From Candidatus Obscuribacteraceae bacterium (GTDB taxonomy: Bacteria > Cyanobacteriota > Vampirovibrionia > Obscuribacterales > Obscuribacteraceae), in assembly GCA_044226015.1 (NCBI GenBank), contig JBGAHS010000004.1, positions 608,001 to 672,000 of the forward strand: 64,000 bases of DNA. The letters are read 5' to 3'. This document shows, piece after piece, positions 41,323 to 51,127 of the stretch (within the stretch, counting starts at the first letter, position 1; each line of letters starts with the position of its first letter). A program made the translations under genes and the position numbers. The notes under the pieces were generated by a model. It was not told the DNA's origin. It did no database searches and saw nothing but the letters and a program-made list of their open reading frames with translations.

Positions 41323-42861
41323 TCAGTTTTTGATTTCTTCTGCGGGCTCTTCTAATTGTTTGAAGACAGGTCCAAGATTGCGCACGGATTGACCCGCTGG
41401 CACACAAATTCCGTAACTATCTTGTTTCACGGTCATAGATTCGATGCTTCCGTCATAGCCTAGCTGCTCCCATATGTCATTTGAGAGTTTTGGAGTAATT
41501 GGGGAAAGCAGTATCGCGGCACGTTTCAGCATGCACATGACTGTTGCAAGAACAGCCCCACCTTTATCTTTTTCACCAGCCTTAAAGGATTCCCACGGCT
41601 TGCAATCAGTAATGTATTTGTTTGCTTCGTTTACGATTCCTTCGAATAGAACTTTAATTGCTTTGGCAAATTCAAGATCATTCATGTATTCATGATATTT
41701 CTCGCTACATGCTTCTACCTTTGCCACTATTTCCTTATCGACCGGTAAATCAGGCACTTTCCCTTCAAAGTTTTTGACCAGCAAAGTTATAACGCGATTC
41801 AATAGATTGCCCAGCCCCTTAGCCAAATGGCTGTTAACGTGAGAAATCATATCAGTGCGAGAGAAGTCACCGTCCTGATCAAAGGTGTTTGCTTCGAACA
41901 AGAAATAGCGGATAGCATCTGCACCATAGGTATCAGTTAAATATACGGGATCAAGGACATTGCCCAGGCTCTTGCTCATCTTTTGACCTTCAACCGTAAT
42001 GAACCCGTGTCCAAAAACGAGTGTTGGTAATTCAACATCTATAGATAACAGCATCGCGGGCCAGTAAATCGCATGGAATTTGGTAATGTCTTTTCCAAGT
42101 AGGTGTAAATCAGCCGGCCACCACTTTTTCCAAGCTGTTTCATCAGTATTGAAACCTGCTCCTGTTATGTAGTTTGTCAGAGCATCGATCCACACGTAGA
42201 TTACTTGTTCTGACTCATCTGGTACTGGAATTCCCCAGCTAAGCGAACCGCGTGATCGCGTGCAGCTGAAGTCTCCAAGCTCTGGGTCGTCCAGCTGGTT
42301 CAAAACCTCCTGTCTGCGTCCATCCGGTTTCACATGACCACTTTTGAGCCATTCGCGCACAGCATCTTTGTACTTCGTCAGCCGGAAAAAGTAATTTTCC
42401 TCTGCCACCTCTTTTGGTGCTCGCAAATGATTCGGACATTTTCCGTCAGTGAGATCACGCTCTCTAACAAAGTCTTCGCAACCTTCGCAATAGAGTCCTG
42501 TGTAGCTACCTTTGTAAACATCGCCTTTGGCTTTCATGCGGCGAAAAACTTCTTGAACTACTTCTTTATGTCTGTCCTGTGTTGTGCGAATGAAAAAATC
42601 GTTTGATATAAGTAATCTCTTCCAGGCGTCTTCGAATTTTCCAGCAATCTCATCGACGAATTCCTGCGGCGACTTTCCTGCTGCGGCAGCTGCCTTTTCA
42701 ACTTTTATGCCGTGCTCGTCCGTCCCGGTCAGGAAAAATACATCATCGCCAAGCAGACGATGATATCGAGCGACTATATCGGCAGCAATTTTCTCGTAAG
42801 CATGCCCGATGTGAGGTGCGGCGTTAGCGTAGTCAATAGCAGTTGTTACGTAGTACTTCAT
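41323..42861 (-). CDS. metG: Methionine--tRNA ligase (short form)
   Basis: YVTTAIDYANAAPHIGHAY (HIGH), GTDEHG, YVWIDAL, GKDITKFH, KMSKSLGN. Confidence 0.97.
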   Translation of the reverse strand: MKYYVTTAIDYANAAPHIGHAYEKIAADIVARYHRLLGDDVFFLTGTDEHGIKVEKAAAAAGKSPQEFVDEIAGKFEDAWKRLLISNDFFIRTTQDRHKEVVQEVFRRMKAKGDVYKGSYTGLYCEGCEDFVRERDLTDGKCPNHLRAPKEVAEENYFFRLTKYKDAVREWLKSGHVKPDGRRQEVLNQLDDPELGDFSCTRSRGSLSWGIPVPDESEQVIYVWIDALTNYITGAGFNTDETAWKKWWPADLHLLGKDITKFHAIYWPAMLLSIDVELPTLVFGHGFITVEGQKMSKSLGNVLDPVYLTDTYGADAIRYFLFEANTFDQDGDFSRTDMISHVNSHLAKGLGNLLNRVITLLVKNFEGKVPDLPVDKEIVAKVEACSEKYHEYMNDLEFAKAIKVLFEGIVNEANKYITDCKPWESFKAGEKDKGGAVLATVMCMLKRAAILLSPITPKLSNDIWEQLGYDGSIESMTVKQDSYGICVPAGQSVRNLGPVFKQLEEPAEEIKN

Positions 42862-42999
42862 GAAGCATCCTTGCCAGGTGGAAAAACTCAGGCGACAGCA
42901 AAAATTTTACCCTGTTATTAGTGAGAATCCTGGCTTTTATACGGTATTTCAGTAGATAATAGTTCTTTGTAAATCTTTTCTTGCTGCGAGGGCGAATTC

Positions 43000-44286
43000 A
43001 TGGGCGCTGAAGGGGCTTCTCCTGATTGTTTGGATGATACTACTGAAGATTTACCTCTTAAGAACCGAACCATAATTCTTGGGGTGTCAGGAGGTATAGC
43101 TGCTTACAAGGCTTGTGACATTGCTTCAAAGCTGAGGAAGGCTGGCGCGGACGTTCATGCTGTGATGACACCAAATGCCACAGAGTTCGTGACGCCACTT
43201 TCCTTACAGACCATGACCCGAAATGATGTCCATGTAGAACAGTATTCCGAAAAGCAATGGAAACCAGAACATATAAAACTGGCTCAGAAGGCTGATCTAA
43301 TATTGATAGCTCCGGCCACCGCAAATACGATCGCGAAACTGGCTACAGGAATTTGCGATGAATTGCTCACGACAATGGTTCTGGCGAGTCAGAGTCAGGT
43401 TCTCTTGGCTCCTTCAATGAATCCAGTAATGCTTGATCACCCGGCTACTCAGTACAATCTCGGCATACTCCAGCATAGGTTCCGCTACGAGGTCATTCCG
43501 CCAGATGTCGGTGAACTGGCTTGTGGTGATTGGGGACCTGGTAAGATGGCTCCGGCTGAGGATATTGTTGCCATCGTCATTGCGAAGCTGCAATCTCGAT
43601 CAACACTTGCAGGCAAGCACCTACTTGTCACCGCCGGTGGCACCAGAGAACCTATCGATCCGGTTCGATTCATTGGTAATCGCTCGTCCGGAAAAATGGG
43701 TATCGCAGTGGCGGATGCCGCTTATGCTCGTGGCGCTGAGGTTACGCTCGTTTCCACTGTTGCCGTTGAGCGCAATTATCCAGTCGTAGTAGTGGAAACC
43801 GCTCAGGAAATGCAAGATGCAGTGGAAGCTGAATTCGATACGGCGCACGGTCTCGTGATGACAGCAGCTGTAGCAGATTACCGTCCCATCGTCGTTTCGC
43901 CACACAAAATCAAGAAGACTGAATCAGATGATCTTGTATTAGAGCTCACGAAGAATCCTGATATTCTTGATTTACTTGGACGTGTCAAAAGAAAAGATCA
44001 GGTGATTTGTGGCTTTGCGGCTGAGTCTGAAGGGCTTCTCAACAATGCGCAGCAGAAGCTTAAGCGAAAACATCTGGATATCATCGTTGGTAATGACATA
44101 ACGGTTCCTGATATAGGATTCGGTAGTGATTACAATGCGGTGGTCATACTTACAGCAGAGGGGCAGCGCGAAAACCTTCCCCGTATGCCAAAAAGAGCCA
44201 TTGCTGATCATCTGTTAGATATGGTTGCGCAGCGTTTGGAATCAGTTGACCTTCAGAAGAAGGCGACGGTTGGCAAAAGCAAGTAG
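43000..44286 (+). CDS. coaBC: Phosphopantothenoylcysteine decarboxylase/synthetase
   Basis: GVSGGIAAYKA, APATANTIAK, PSMN, GELACG, TAGGTREPIDPVRFIGNRSSGKMG, AAVADY, GFAAE. Confidence 0.97.
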   Translation: MGAEGASPDCLDDTTEDLPLKNRTIILGVSGGIAAYKACDIASKLRKAGADVHAVMTPNATEFVTPLSLQTMTRNDVHVEQYSEKQWKPEHIKLAQKADLILIAPATANTIAKLATGICDELLTTMVLASQSQVLLAPSMNPVMLDHPATQYNLGILQHRFRYEVIPPDVGELACGDWGPGKMAPAEDIVAIVIAKLQSRSTLAGKHLLVTAGGTREPIDPVRFIGNRSSGKMGIAVADAAYARGAEVTLVSTVAVERNYPVVVVETAQEMQDAVEAEFDTAHGLVMTAAVADYRPIVVSPHKIKKTESDDLVLELTKNPDILDLLGRVKRKDQVICGFAAESEGLLNNAQQKLKRKHLDIIVGNDITVPDIGFGSDYNAVVILTAEGQRENLPRMPKRAIADHLLDMVAQRLESVDLQKKATVGKSK

Positions 44287-44432
44287 GGAATCTTAGGCAA
44301 AATAATAAGTCGTGTGACCGCACAAATAGTGCTAAGTGGCGCGTGATCGAGGTGATGCTGAATCACTATCGGGTATGCTTTGTGTGTCGCAATGCAGATT
44401 CCTTGGTGGGCTAAATGATGCCTGTTGGGTAT

Positions 44433-44542
44433 GTGATGCGGAGTCTGCCTCTGATGGTGATGCGGAGTCTGGCTGGTGATGCGGAGTCTGACTGGTGATG
44501 CGGAGTCTGACTGGTGATGCGGCGCGTACCTGCTGGTGATGC
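44433..44542. repeat. 19-bp minisatellite (CTGGTGATGCGGAGTCTGA), 5-6 copies
   Basis: GTGATGC at 44433, 44457, 44476, 44495, 44514 and 44536. Confidence 0.9.
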
Positions 44543-44849
44543 AACATTTACTCACTGCCGCATAGGCAGAACCTGGCGCCTGGCATCAACAGAAAGACCG
44601 ACTTTTGTGCAGAATACATACCCTGGAACGAGATTTGCGGCTAAAGTAGAATCACTGATTGTGGGCTGACCGTGATGGTAAATCCTGCAAATCGAATGAG
44701 CTTGCCGACTCAAAATTGCAAACCTATTTTCGTCAAAGTACTGAGGTTTGGAAACGCAAATTATTAGGTCAAATTTACTGTCAGGTGTGCTTCTGGGAAC
44801 AGCCGAATCCGCCTGTGTTTGCGCAAAAAGGACGTTTCTAGTCGATTGG

Positions 44850-44858
44850 TGCTATACT
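44850..44858 (+). promoter_or_regulatory. Possible extended -10 element upstream of the YtxH cluster
   Basis: TGCTATACT about 60 bp before ATG 44921. Confidence 0.3.
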
Positions 44859-44920
44859 CCAACTGGAGCATATTTCCGTGAGTTTCATGGACATTCTTCA
44901 GGCGTTGCAAGGAGACCACA

Positions 44921-45280
44921 ATGAGCAAATACTACGACGATGATTCCGATTCTGGACTCGGACTTGGCGCGTGGCTGGTCGGACTCTTACTCGGTGCAGC
45001 TGGCGGGGTGACACTCGGACTTTTGACAGCACCGAAATCAGGCAGAGAACTACGGGGCGAATTGAAGGAAGGCGCAAGATCGCTTCCCGAAAGAGCCAGT
45101 GAATTGATGGATGATACTCTTGACCTCTACGCGTCAGGCGTCAACTATGCGCAGCTGGCGGTTGAAGAGCAAACAATGCGGGTTAAGCGTGCAGTCCAAG
45201 CAGGAAAACTTGCTGCTGCCAAAAAGAGAGAAGAACTCGATTACAGCAGTTCTTCAGTTCTTCCGTTCCAGCACAACTGA
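44921..45280 (+). CDS. YtxH-domain protein
   Basis: GLLLGAAGGVTLGLLTAPKSGRELR. Confidence 0.85.
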   Translation: MSKYYDDDSDSGLGLGAWLVGLLLGAAGGVTLGLLTAPKSGRELRGELKEGARSLPERASELMDDTLDLYASGVNYAQLAVEEQTMRVKRAVQAGKLAAAKKREELDYSSSSVLPFQHN

Positions 45281-45289
45281 GGACTACTG

Positions 45290-45709
45290 GTGGATTTAGT
45301 CACTGTTGTTAACGTAGCGGTGGTGGTAGCACTTCTGTTTCTTGCTGTGTCGCTTACGTTGTTGGTCACGGCCGTCATGCCCTTGCTCCGGCAGGGACAG
45401 GCGACACTAGCCTCTTTCAATAGACTTTCTGACACCTTAGATAAGGAAGTGACCCCAACATTAGAAGAATTGCGCAGTGTTATGTCGGGTGTAAACCAAA
45501 TTAAAGCGTTAACCGCACAAAGAGTGCATGATGTGGGAACGAAAGCAGAAGAGCTAACCGGTAACGTAAACACTATGGTTGGCTCAGCAAAGAAGGAAAC
45601 GAGCGTCGCTGGTGCAGGCTTGCTGGCGGGCATAAAAGCATATTTCTTTGAACACGATAAGAACAAGTCTGGGGAATCCAAAACAATACAGCTGAATGAA
45701 AAGAGGTAA
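45290..45709 (+). CDS. DUF948/YoxC-like membrane-anchored helical protein
   Basis: N-terminal TM then amphipathic helix (LSDTLDKEVTPTLEELR); lies between two YtxH genes. Confidence 0.65.
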   Translation: MDLVTVVNVAVVVALLFLAVSLTLLVTAVMPLLRQGQATLASFNRLSDTLDKEVTPTLEELRSVMSGVNQIKALTAQRVHDVGTKAEELTGNVNTMVGSAKKETSVAGAGLLAGIKAYFFEHDKNKSGESKTIQLNEKR

Positions 45710-45717
45710 GCAGAAAA

Positions 45718-46065
45718 ATGGCTAACTCAAGTACCAGATTCCTTGAAGGATTGCTGCTCGGCGGCGCTCTAGGGTTTATCGGCGGAATTTTATTTGCGCC
45801 CAAGTCTGGCAAAGAACTGCGAAAGGATCTCGCCGATGGATCAGACGAACTGTACCGGCAAGCAAGCACTTCGGTGTCTGATTTCAAGGATCGCAGTCAA
45901 CAAGCTGTGCAAGATTTTCAGACCCGCAGTGACGCTGTTTTGAAGCAAGCCACTCAACAACTTCAGGAAACAAGAGATCAGCTGACTCAGAAAGTTCAAG
46001 AATTGAGCAAGCAGGGTGGCGCTAAAGTTACTGTGCAAGAACCTGAGTCTGCTCAGCACATGTAA
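45718..46065 (+). CDS. YtxH-domain protein
   Basis: FLEGLLLGGALGFIGGILFAPKSGKELR. Confidence 0.88.
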   Translation: MANSSTRFLEGLLLGGALGFIGGILFAPKSGKELRKDLADGSDELYRQASTSVSDFKDRSQQAVQDFQTRSDAVLKQATQQLQETRDQLTQKVQELSKQGGAKVTVQEPESAQHM

Positions 46066-46125
46066 ACCCATGTGAATGAGAAAGTGTCTCATCTCTTGTA
46101 AACTTCTGGTTCTCGGAAAGTAAAA

Positions 46126-46848
46126 ATGCGGTTAAATCAGGCTATCGCGCTGACCGGATTCTGTTCAAGGCGAAAGGCTGATGAGTTAATTGCTGACGGT
46201 CGCGTTCGTGTCAACGGCAGAATTTGCACAGAATTCGGGTGTCAGGTGGATACTGAAAGCGACGAGTTACACGTTGATAACAAACGACTATCTTTTCCAA
46301 AAAAGCTCATCTATGTCGCTCTAAACAAGCCTCCGGGCGTGGTTACCACTATGTCAGATGAGTCCGGTCGTGAAACGGTAATGGACCTCTTGCCAGAGAA
46401 ATTGCGTACTTTGCGACCGGTTGGGCGACTAGACATGTATTCGGAAGGGTTGCTGCTTCTGACTAATGATGGCGATTTAACTCAAAGGTTGACGCATCCA
46501 TCAATGCATTTGCCTAAAAAATATGAAATTCGCGTTAGGAATATGTTGCTAGATAAGGATCTTCAGCGAATGGCAGAAGGAGTAATGCTCGAAGACGGCC
46601 CCACATTACCTGCAAAAGTTAAGCTACTAATGCGAAGTGATACATATAGTGAGTTTGAGATATCTATTTCAGAGGGGCGAAATCGCCAGTTGAGGCGCAT
46701 GTGTTCTCTACTTGGATATGCAGTTGTTCGCTTGCGTAGACTGGGTATAGGTAGGTTACAATTGGGTCTGTTACCCTCAGGCTCATGGCGATATTTGACC
46801 GATGATGAAGTCAGGCTACTTTTCCCAAAACAAAAACGAACGGACTGA
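46126..46848 (+). CDS. rluB: RsuA/RluB-family rRNA pseudouridine synthase
   Basis: S4 domain SRRKADELI..GRVRVNG; LNKPPG; PVGRLD; GLLLLTNDG; EGRNRQLRRM. Confidence 0.9.
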   Translation: MRLNQAIALTGFCSRRKADELIADGRVRVNGRICTEFGCQVDTESDELHVDNKRLSFPKKLIYVALNKPPGVVTTMSDESGRETVMDLLPEKLRTLRPVGRLDMYSEGLLLLTNDGDLTQRLTHPSMHLPKKYEIRVRNMLLDKDLQRMAEGVMLEDGPTLPAKVKLLMRSDTYSEFEISISEGRNRQLRRMCSLLGYAVVRLRRLGIGRLQLGLLPSGSWRYLTDDEVRLLFPKQKRTD

Positions 46849-46855
46849 CGATACG

Positions 46856-47869
46856 ATGTCGTTAGCAACAATAGGACAAAAACTTAGAGCAGCTCGAGAA
46901 GCGCAGGGATTGACCCTGGTGCAAGTCTATGAGCGCACTAAAATCCCGCTGAATCACCTGCAAGCTGTTGAGCAGGGTGACGTGGATGAGTTGCCGGAAC
47001 CAGTGTTTATTTTCGGTTTCATCAAGAGATACGCTGAGTGCATCGGGCTTGATGGACAGATTTTGGCTGACGATTACAAGCAGCACTTAGGCAGTGCATC
47101 TGGCAACGGCCGTCGCAAGAGCCATCCAGATGCAATGCCTTACTATGCAACAAGCGACTACATGGCGAAATCCAAGCCAAGAATCAGCACCCCAGTCTGG
47201 AAGCTTGGTTTGTTCAACGGGCTAATTATCATGGGCGTTGTGGGGACGATTACATGGTTAATCAATTCACAGCAAAGTATGGTAAATCAGGCTGACCCCA
47301 ATCTTATGAGTTTGCGGCAAGCAACCAATCGCATTACGCCTACTGCTCCACCGATGCCTACTCAACCTGCTCCGAACGGACAAGTTGTGGCTCCGGTACC
47401 GCAAGACACAACGCAGAGACTCACTCTTTCAGCTTCGCGCCACGTGTGGGTTGAAGTAAAAAGAATCAGCAATGGTGAGAGTATTTTCACCGGATATCTT
47501 GAGCAAGGCGACCGTCGCGATTTTGAAGATCCGTCAGGATTGATTGTCAGAGCTGGCGATGGGGGTAGCTTGTCAGTAGAGAATCAGGGTAAAATGGAGC
47601 CCTTCGGTTTGAACGGTAAGGTTGTTGAACGAAAATTCGTTTCTGCAATCGCTGCCGCTCCAGCTGCTTCAACGGGAGCCGGGACTACCACTGGTATGTC
47701 AGCCACGGGCACTGGTTCTGTCGTGAGAGCAGCCGCGCCGGTGGTCCGCCGCCCGCGTCGTGTAGTAACCGAAGCACCTCGTCCGCGCGTTGTTGAAAGC
47801 AGGCGTTATGACAGCGGTCCTCGGGAAGTTCCGAGCCGATATTCAGAAGGACGACTCGATTCAGACTAG
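46856..47869 (+). CDS. rodZ: RodZ-like HTH membrane protein with DUF4115-like domain
   Basis: IGQKLRAAREAQGLTL..TKI..LQAVEQG..GFIKRYA..GLD, a TM segment, VWVEV..GDGGSL; directly upstream of rimO. Confidence 0.82.
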   Translation: MSLATIGQKLRAAREAQGLTLVQVYERTKIPLNHLQAVEQGDVDELPEPVFIFGFIKRYAECIGLDGQILADDYKQHLGSASGNGRRKSHPDAMPYYATSDYMAKSKPRISTPVWKLGLFNGLIIMGVVGTITWLINSQQSMVNQADPNLMSLRQATNRITPTAPPMPTQPAPNGQVVAPVPQDTTQRLTLSASRHVWVEVKRISNGESIFTGYLEQGDRRDFEDPSGLIVRAGDGGSLSVENQGKMEPFGLNGKVVERKFVSAIAAAPAASTGAGTTTGMSATGTGSVVRAAAPVVRRPRRVVTEAPRPRVVESRRYDSGPREVPSRYSEGRLDSD

Positions 47870-47883
47870 TTCAAGCTAAAGGC

Positions 47884-49305
47884 TTGAGCGCACAAGCCGG
47901 AGGCACGATCATTATGTTGAAGAACCCCAAATTCGGGGTGGTATCGCTCGGTTGCCCTAAAAACCAGACCGACACCGAAGTTATGCTTGGACTACTGAAG
48001 GAAGCTGGCTTCGATCTCACCTTTGACAATGATGAAGCTGATATTTGCCTGATCAACACTTGTTCCTTCATTGAGGATGCCAGGCGCGAGTCGGTGCGCA
48101 ACATTGTCGATTTAGCAACAGATGGAAAGCAACTGATTATTGCAGGTTGCCTTGCGCAGCATTTCAAGGACGAGTTATTGAATGAGCTGCCTGAAGCAAG
48201 AGCTGTCGTAGGAACCGGTGACATACACAAAATCGTTGATGTTGCTAAAGCGATAGTGGAAGACTCAAGCTTGCGCATTGTTCAAATTTCAGCAACACCC
48301 AATGACCACGTGGACACGGTGATGCCTCGCATCTCCACAACTGTAGGCGCTTCTTCTTATCTCAAGATTGCAGAAGGCTGTGATCATTCCTGCACGTTCT
48401 GCATTATTCCAATGTTGCGAGGAAAGTTCAGATCTCGTTCAATTGACTCGCTAGTGCAAGAGGCAAAAATTCTTGTTGCTGCAGGAACCCGAGAAATTAT
48501 TTTGGTGAGCCAGGATTCCAGTTATTACGGCTTGGATACGTTAGGAAGAATGGCTCTTCCCGAGCTTCTCGAGGCTTTGCATGAAATTGAAGGATTGGAG
48601 TGGATTCGAATCATGTACTTCTATCCAACAGAAACAAATAGAAAATTACTTGAGACTATGGCTCGTCTTCCGAAAGTAGTGAAGTACGTCGACATTCCTT
48701 TGCAGCATAGTCACCCAGATGTGCTGAGAGCCATGGCTAGACCTTTGAACCCCGAGAAATGTGTAGAACTTATTCGGGAAGTGCTTCCTGAGGCAGCTAT
48801 TCGCTCAACCTTTATTGTGGGCTTCCCAGGTGAAACTGAGGAACAATTCGAACATCTACATAACTTCATTCAAACTCATCAGTTTGATCGGCTTGGTGTC
48901 TTTGCCTACTCGCGCCAAACTGAAGTACCTAGTGGAAATATGGAAAATCAGATTCCGCAGAAAGTGAAGAAAACTCGCCGCAACAAGATAATGGAAACGC
49001 AGCATAAGATCTCCACTGAGCGAAACGCTCGCTTGCTTGGAAAAGAAATCGATGTTTTGTTGGAAGGATACGATGAGGTCAAACAAGTCTATTTTGGTCG
49101 TAGCCAATGGGATGCTCCGCAAATAGACAACACTGTTTACGTTGATGCGAATAACTTAGACCACAATTCTCTCGGAGATATAGTTAGAGTAAAGGTTACG
49201 AAAACTAAGCCTTATGATCTTTTTGGCGAGGCTGTTATGGATGAATGCGAATCTGACATCTGCAGTTCTGTTTCCGTTTCCAGTCTCACAGAGGTAAAGG
49301 TTTAG
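47884..49305 (+). CDS. rimO: Ribosomal protein S12 methylthiotransferase
   Basis: SLGCPKN, INTCSFIEDA, AGCLAQ, YLKIAEGCDHSCTFCIIP (radical SAM), FIVGFPGET, DAPQID (TRAM). The start may be the ATG at 47914. Confidence 0.95.
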   Translation: MSAQAGGTIIMLKNPKFGVVSLGCPKNQTDTEVMLGLLKEAGFDLTFDNDEADICLINTCSFIEDARRESVRNIVDLATDGKQLIIAGCLAQHFKDELLNELPEARAVVGTGDIHKIVDVAKAIVEDSSLRIVQISATPNDHVDTVMPRISTTVGASSYLKIAEGCDHSCTFCIIPMLRGKFRSRSIDSLVQEAKILVAAGTREIILVSQDSSYYGLDTLGRMALPELLEALHEIEGLEWIRIMYFYPTETNRKLLETMARLPKVVKYVDIPLQHSHPDVLRAMARPLNPEKCVELIREVLPEAAIRSTFIVGFPGETEEQFEHLHNFIQTHQFDRLGVFAYSRQTEVPSGNMENQIPQKVKKTRRNKIMETQHKISTERNARLLGKEIDVLLEGYDEVKQVYFGRSQWDAPQIDNTVYVDANNLDHNSLGDIVRVKVTKTKPYDLFGEAVMDECESDICSSVSVSSLTEVKV

Positions 49306-49423
49306 GTGAAGCAAGCCTCGTTGAATACTCAAAGTACATAGTGCTTTCGCGCTATAGTGAGGAAGTTCCTTTGGTGCTGAGAACTCAAGTGGTGTCAAAT
49401 GCGCCACCACTCTGCCTAAATTT

Positions 49424-49473
49424 ACTCAAGCGGTACCGGTTGGGCCATAATGCTAAATCGGTAACGCTTGAGT
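49424..49473. repeat. Inverted doublet of the CGGTACCG motif (18-bp arms, 2 mismatches, 14-nt spacer)
   Basis: ACTCAAGCGGTACCGGTT (49424-49441) and AATCGGTAACGCTTGAGT (49456-49473). Confidence 0.85.
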
Positions 49474-49506
49474 TTTGCTTTTGAGCTAGTCGATGTAACA
49501 GAAATA

Positions 49507-49556
49507 GCACGAGTTTGAGTGCACGTTTCAATGGAAACGTGCACTCAAACTCGTGC
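49507..49556. repeat. Perfect inverted repeat, 23-bp arms with 4-nt loop
   Basis: GCACGAGTTTGAGTGCACGTTTC-AATG-GAAACGTGCACTCAAACTCGTGC. Confidence 0.97.
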
Positions 49557-49698
49557 CTTGGTTATACAAAGTCCGATTTCTAATTGAAAATGGCTTTGTA
49601 CCATCATTTTGCAATTAATTCCGACGCCAGATTCATGCTCAAAATCTGGTTATGGTCTCAGCAATTGGGGAAATAGCAATTGGCGTAAAGAGCGACAT

Positions 49699-50856
49699 TT
49701 AACTAGCTAATGGTACGCGCACGTGCAGAGGCGTAACGTATGCAAGTAGGTCTTGCCTTGTCACAGGTTCAACATCTATAAAGTGAAAGATTAGTTCGTT
49801 TTCTTTCCATACTTTCTTTTGCAGGCGGCACCAATAGAGTGCAAGGTAGAGTTGAAGATACTTCCGACTCACTCGATGTCGCACTGTTTTGGAGCTATTG
49901 ATGAATTGTCGTACAGACTGCTGCTGCTCCTCAGGCATTTCCTGTGAAGGCTTTGCATTTTGTTTTACCATTTTGAAAAGTTGTCCAGGTAATAATTTTA
50001 TGAGTCCTTTTAGTTCCAGCATTGAAAGCAATGAAAATAGTTCACCAATATCCAGCCCAGTTCCCTCTGCGATATCATCCACACTAATGAGCTCAGCAGT
50101 CATCATTACTTTGAGAACAGACCTTTCTTGAGCGGTTAGACCGATTAGTTGATTAATGGCATCCAAAAAATTCTCATCTTCTGACGCTTTTGACTGAGTA
50201 GATTCCTTGCTTGTGGCATCGCAATTCTGCTGCTCAGAATCTCGATTATCCGAATCTTGCTTTTCAGAATCTTGCTTTTCAGAATCTTGCTTTTCTGAAT
50301 CTTGCTTTGAGTCAGTTGAGTCGGGATTCTTCTTTTGATTCTGAACGTTTTCTTGCTGCTCCAAGATGTATTGCTCTTTCTTTGGATGCTCGTTTGCGGG
50401 TGTTTCTAGACTACGTCTTCCAAATATTTCTAGGAACTCTGAAGATGGTACAAGAGGTAAGTCCTCCAGTTTGCTTAATGAGAGATACGCTATCGTCTTT
50501 GAAACAAGTTGTGCAGTGCTAAGGGCAACGCCAATCAATTTTGCAAACTCGCTATCCGAGAATTCCACACCTAAATTTGTGAACCACAGTCCAGCAAACC
50601 AGGCTCGGATTCTTTTCTTTCTAAAAAAGATAGTGCCATTGAAAATTCGATTTTCCTTGCCACAGTTTGCGCATATTTTTACTCTGAATGCCTTTGATTC
50701 AATGTTGTCTTTGCTGCCGCAGTGATTACACGGCATCCCTTCGGACCACTTATGGTCTAGCACGAAGAGTGCGCATGTTTCGTCATCTGGAAAAAGCTCT
50801 TCGAAGTGTGGATATAGGCGTGCGAATTCGCTAGGTTCCTTGCTCATGGAAACCAC
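49699..50856 (-). CDS. IS1595-transposase-derived protein: Zn ribbon + HTH + DprA-like winged helix + IS1595-like C-terminus, no recognisable DDE core
   Basis: FPDDETC..KWSEGMPCNHC..CANC..GTIF..AWF..FAKLIGVALSTA resembles the IS1595 N-terminus; LTAQERSVL..SVDDIAEGTGL..LSMLELKGLIKLLPG resembles the DprA winged helix; HRVSRKYLQLYL resembles the IS1595 C-terminal motif. Confidence 0.7.
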   Translation of the reverse strand: MVSMSKEPSEFARLYPHFEELFPDDETCALFVLDHKWSEGMPCNHCGSKDNIESKAFRVKICANCGKENRIFNGTIFFRKKRIRAWFAGLWFTNLGVEFSDSEFAKLIGVALSTAQLVSKTIAYLSLSKLEDLPLVPSSEFLEIFGRRSLETPANEHPKKEQYILEQQENVQNQKKNPDSTDSKQDSEKQDSEKQDSEKQDSDNRDSEQQNCDATSKESTQSKASEDENFLDAINQLIGLTAQERSVLKVMMTAELISVDDIAEGTGLDIGELFSLLSMLELKGLIKLLPGQLFKMVKQNAKPSQEMPEEQQQSVRQFINSSKTVRHRVSRKYLQLYLALYWCRLQKKVWKENELIFHFIDVEPVTRQDLLAYVTPLHVRVPLAS

Positions 50857-51127
50857 CTCAAAGTGATAGTGCTTACAAATCTAATAACGTAATTTGTACT
50901 CAAAAAGTTCAAAATTGATCGAAAAAAGTTTTTGGTGTTTTTCTTACAGCACTTGGTTCTGAATAATTATGTGATTGAAATGTTGGAAAAACTCTTTCGA
51001 TGAAGGAAAAATATTTGTACTTTTGTTCGATCCCGAGCAGGTCATTTAGCGATTGGTACTTAAAGGTTTTTCTGACCAGAGTTTTAGGGAATAATTGAAT
51101 CATTGCAGAGTTAACATTGTGTGAAAA

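Noticed and set aside
47394..47401. CGGTACCG inside rodZ
   Set aside because: It lacks the AACTNAA flank, so it is a chance coding occurrence and was not counted in the family.
49560..51100. Complete active IS1595 element
   Set aside because: No DDE motif, terminal inverted repeats or target duplication could be identified by eye.
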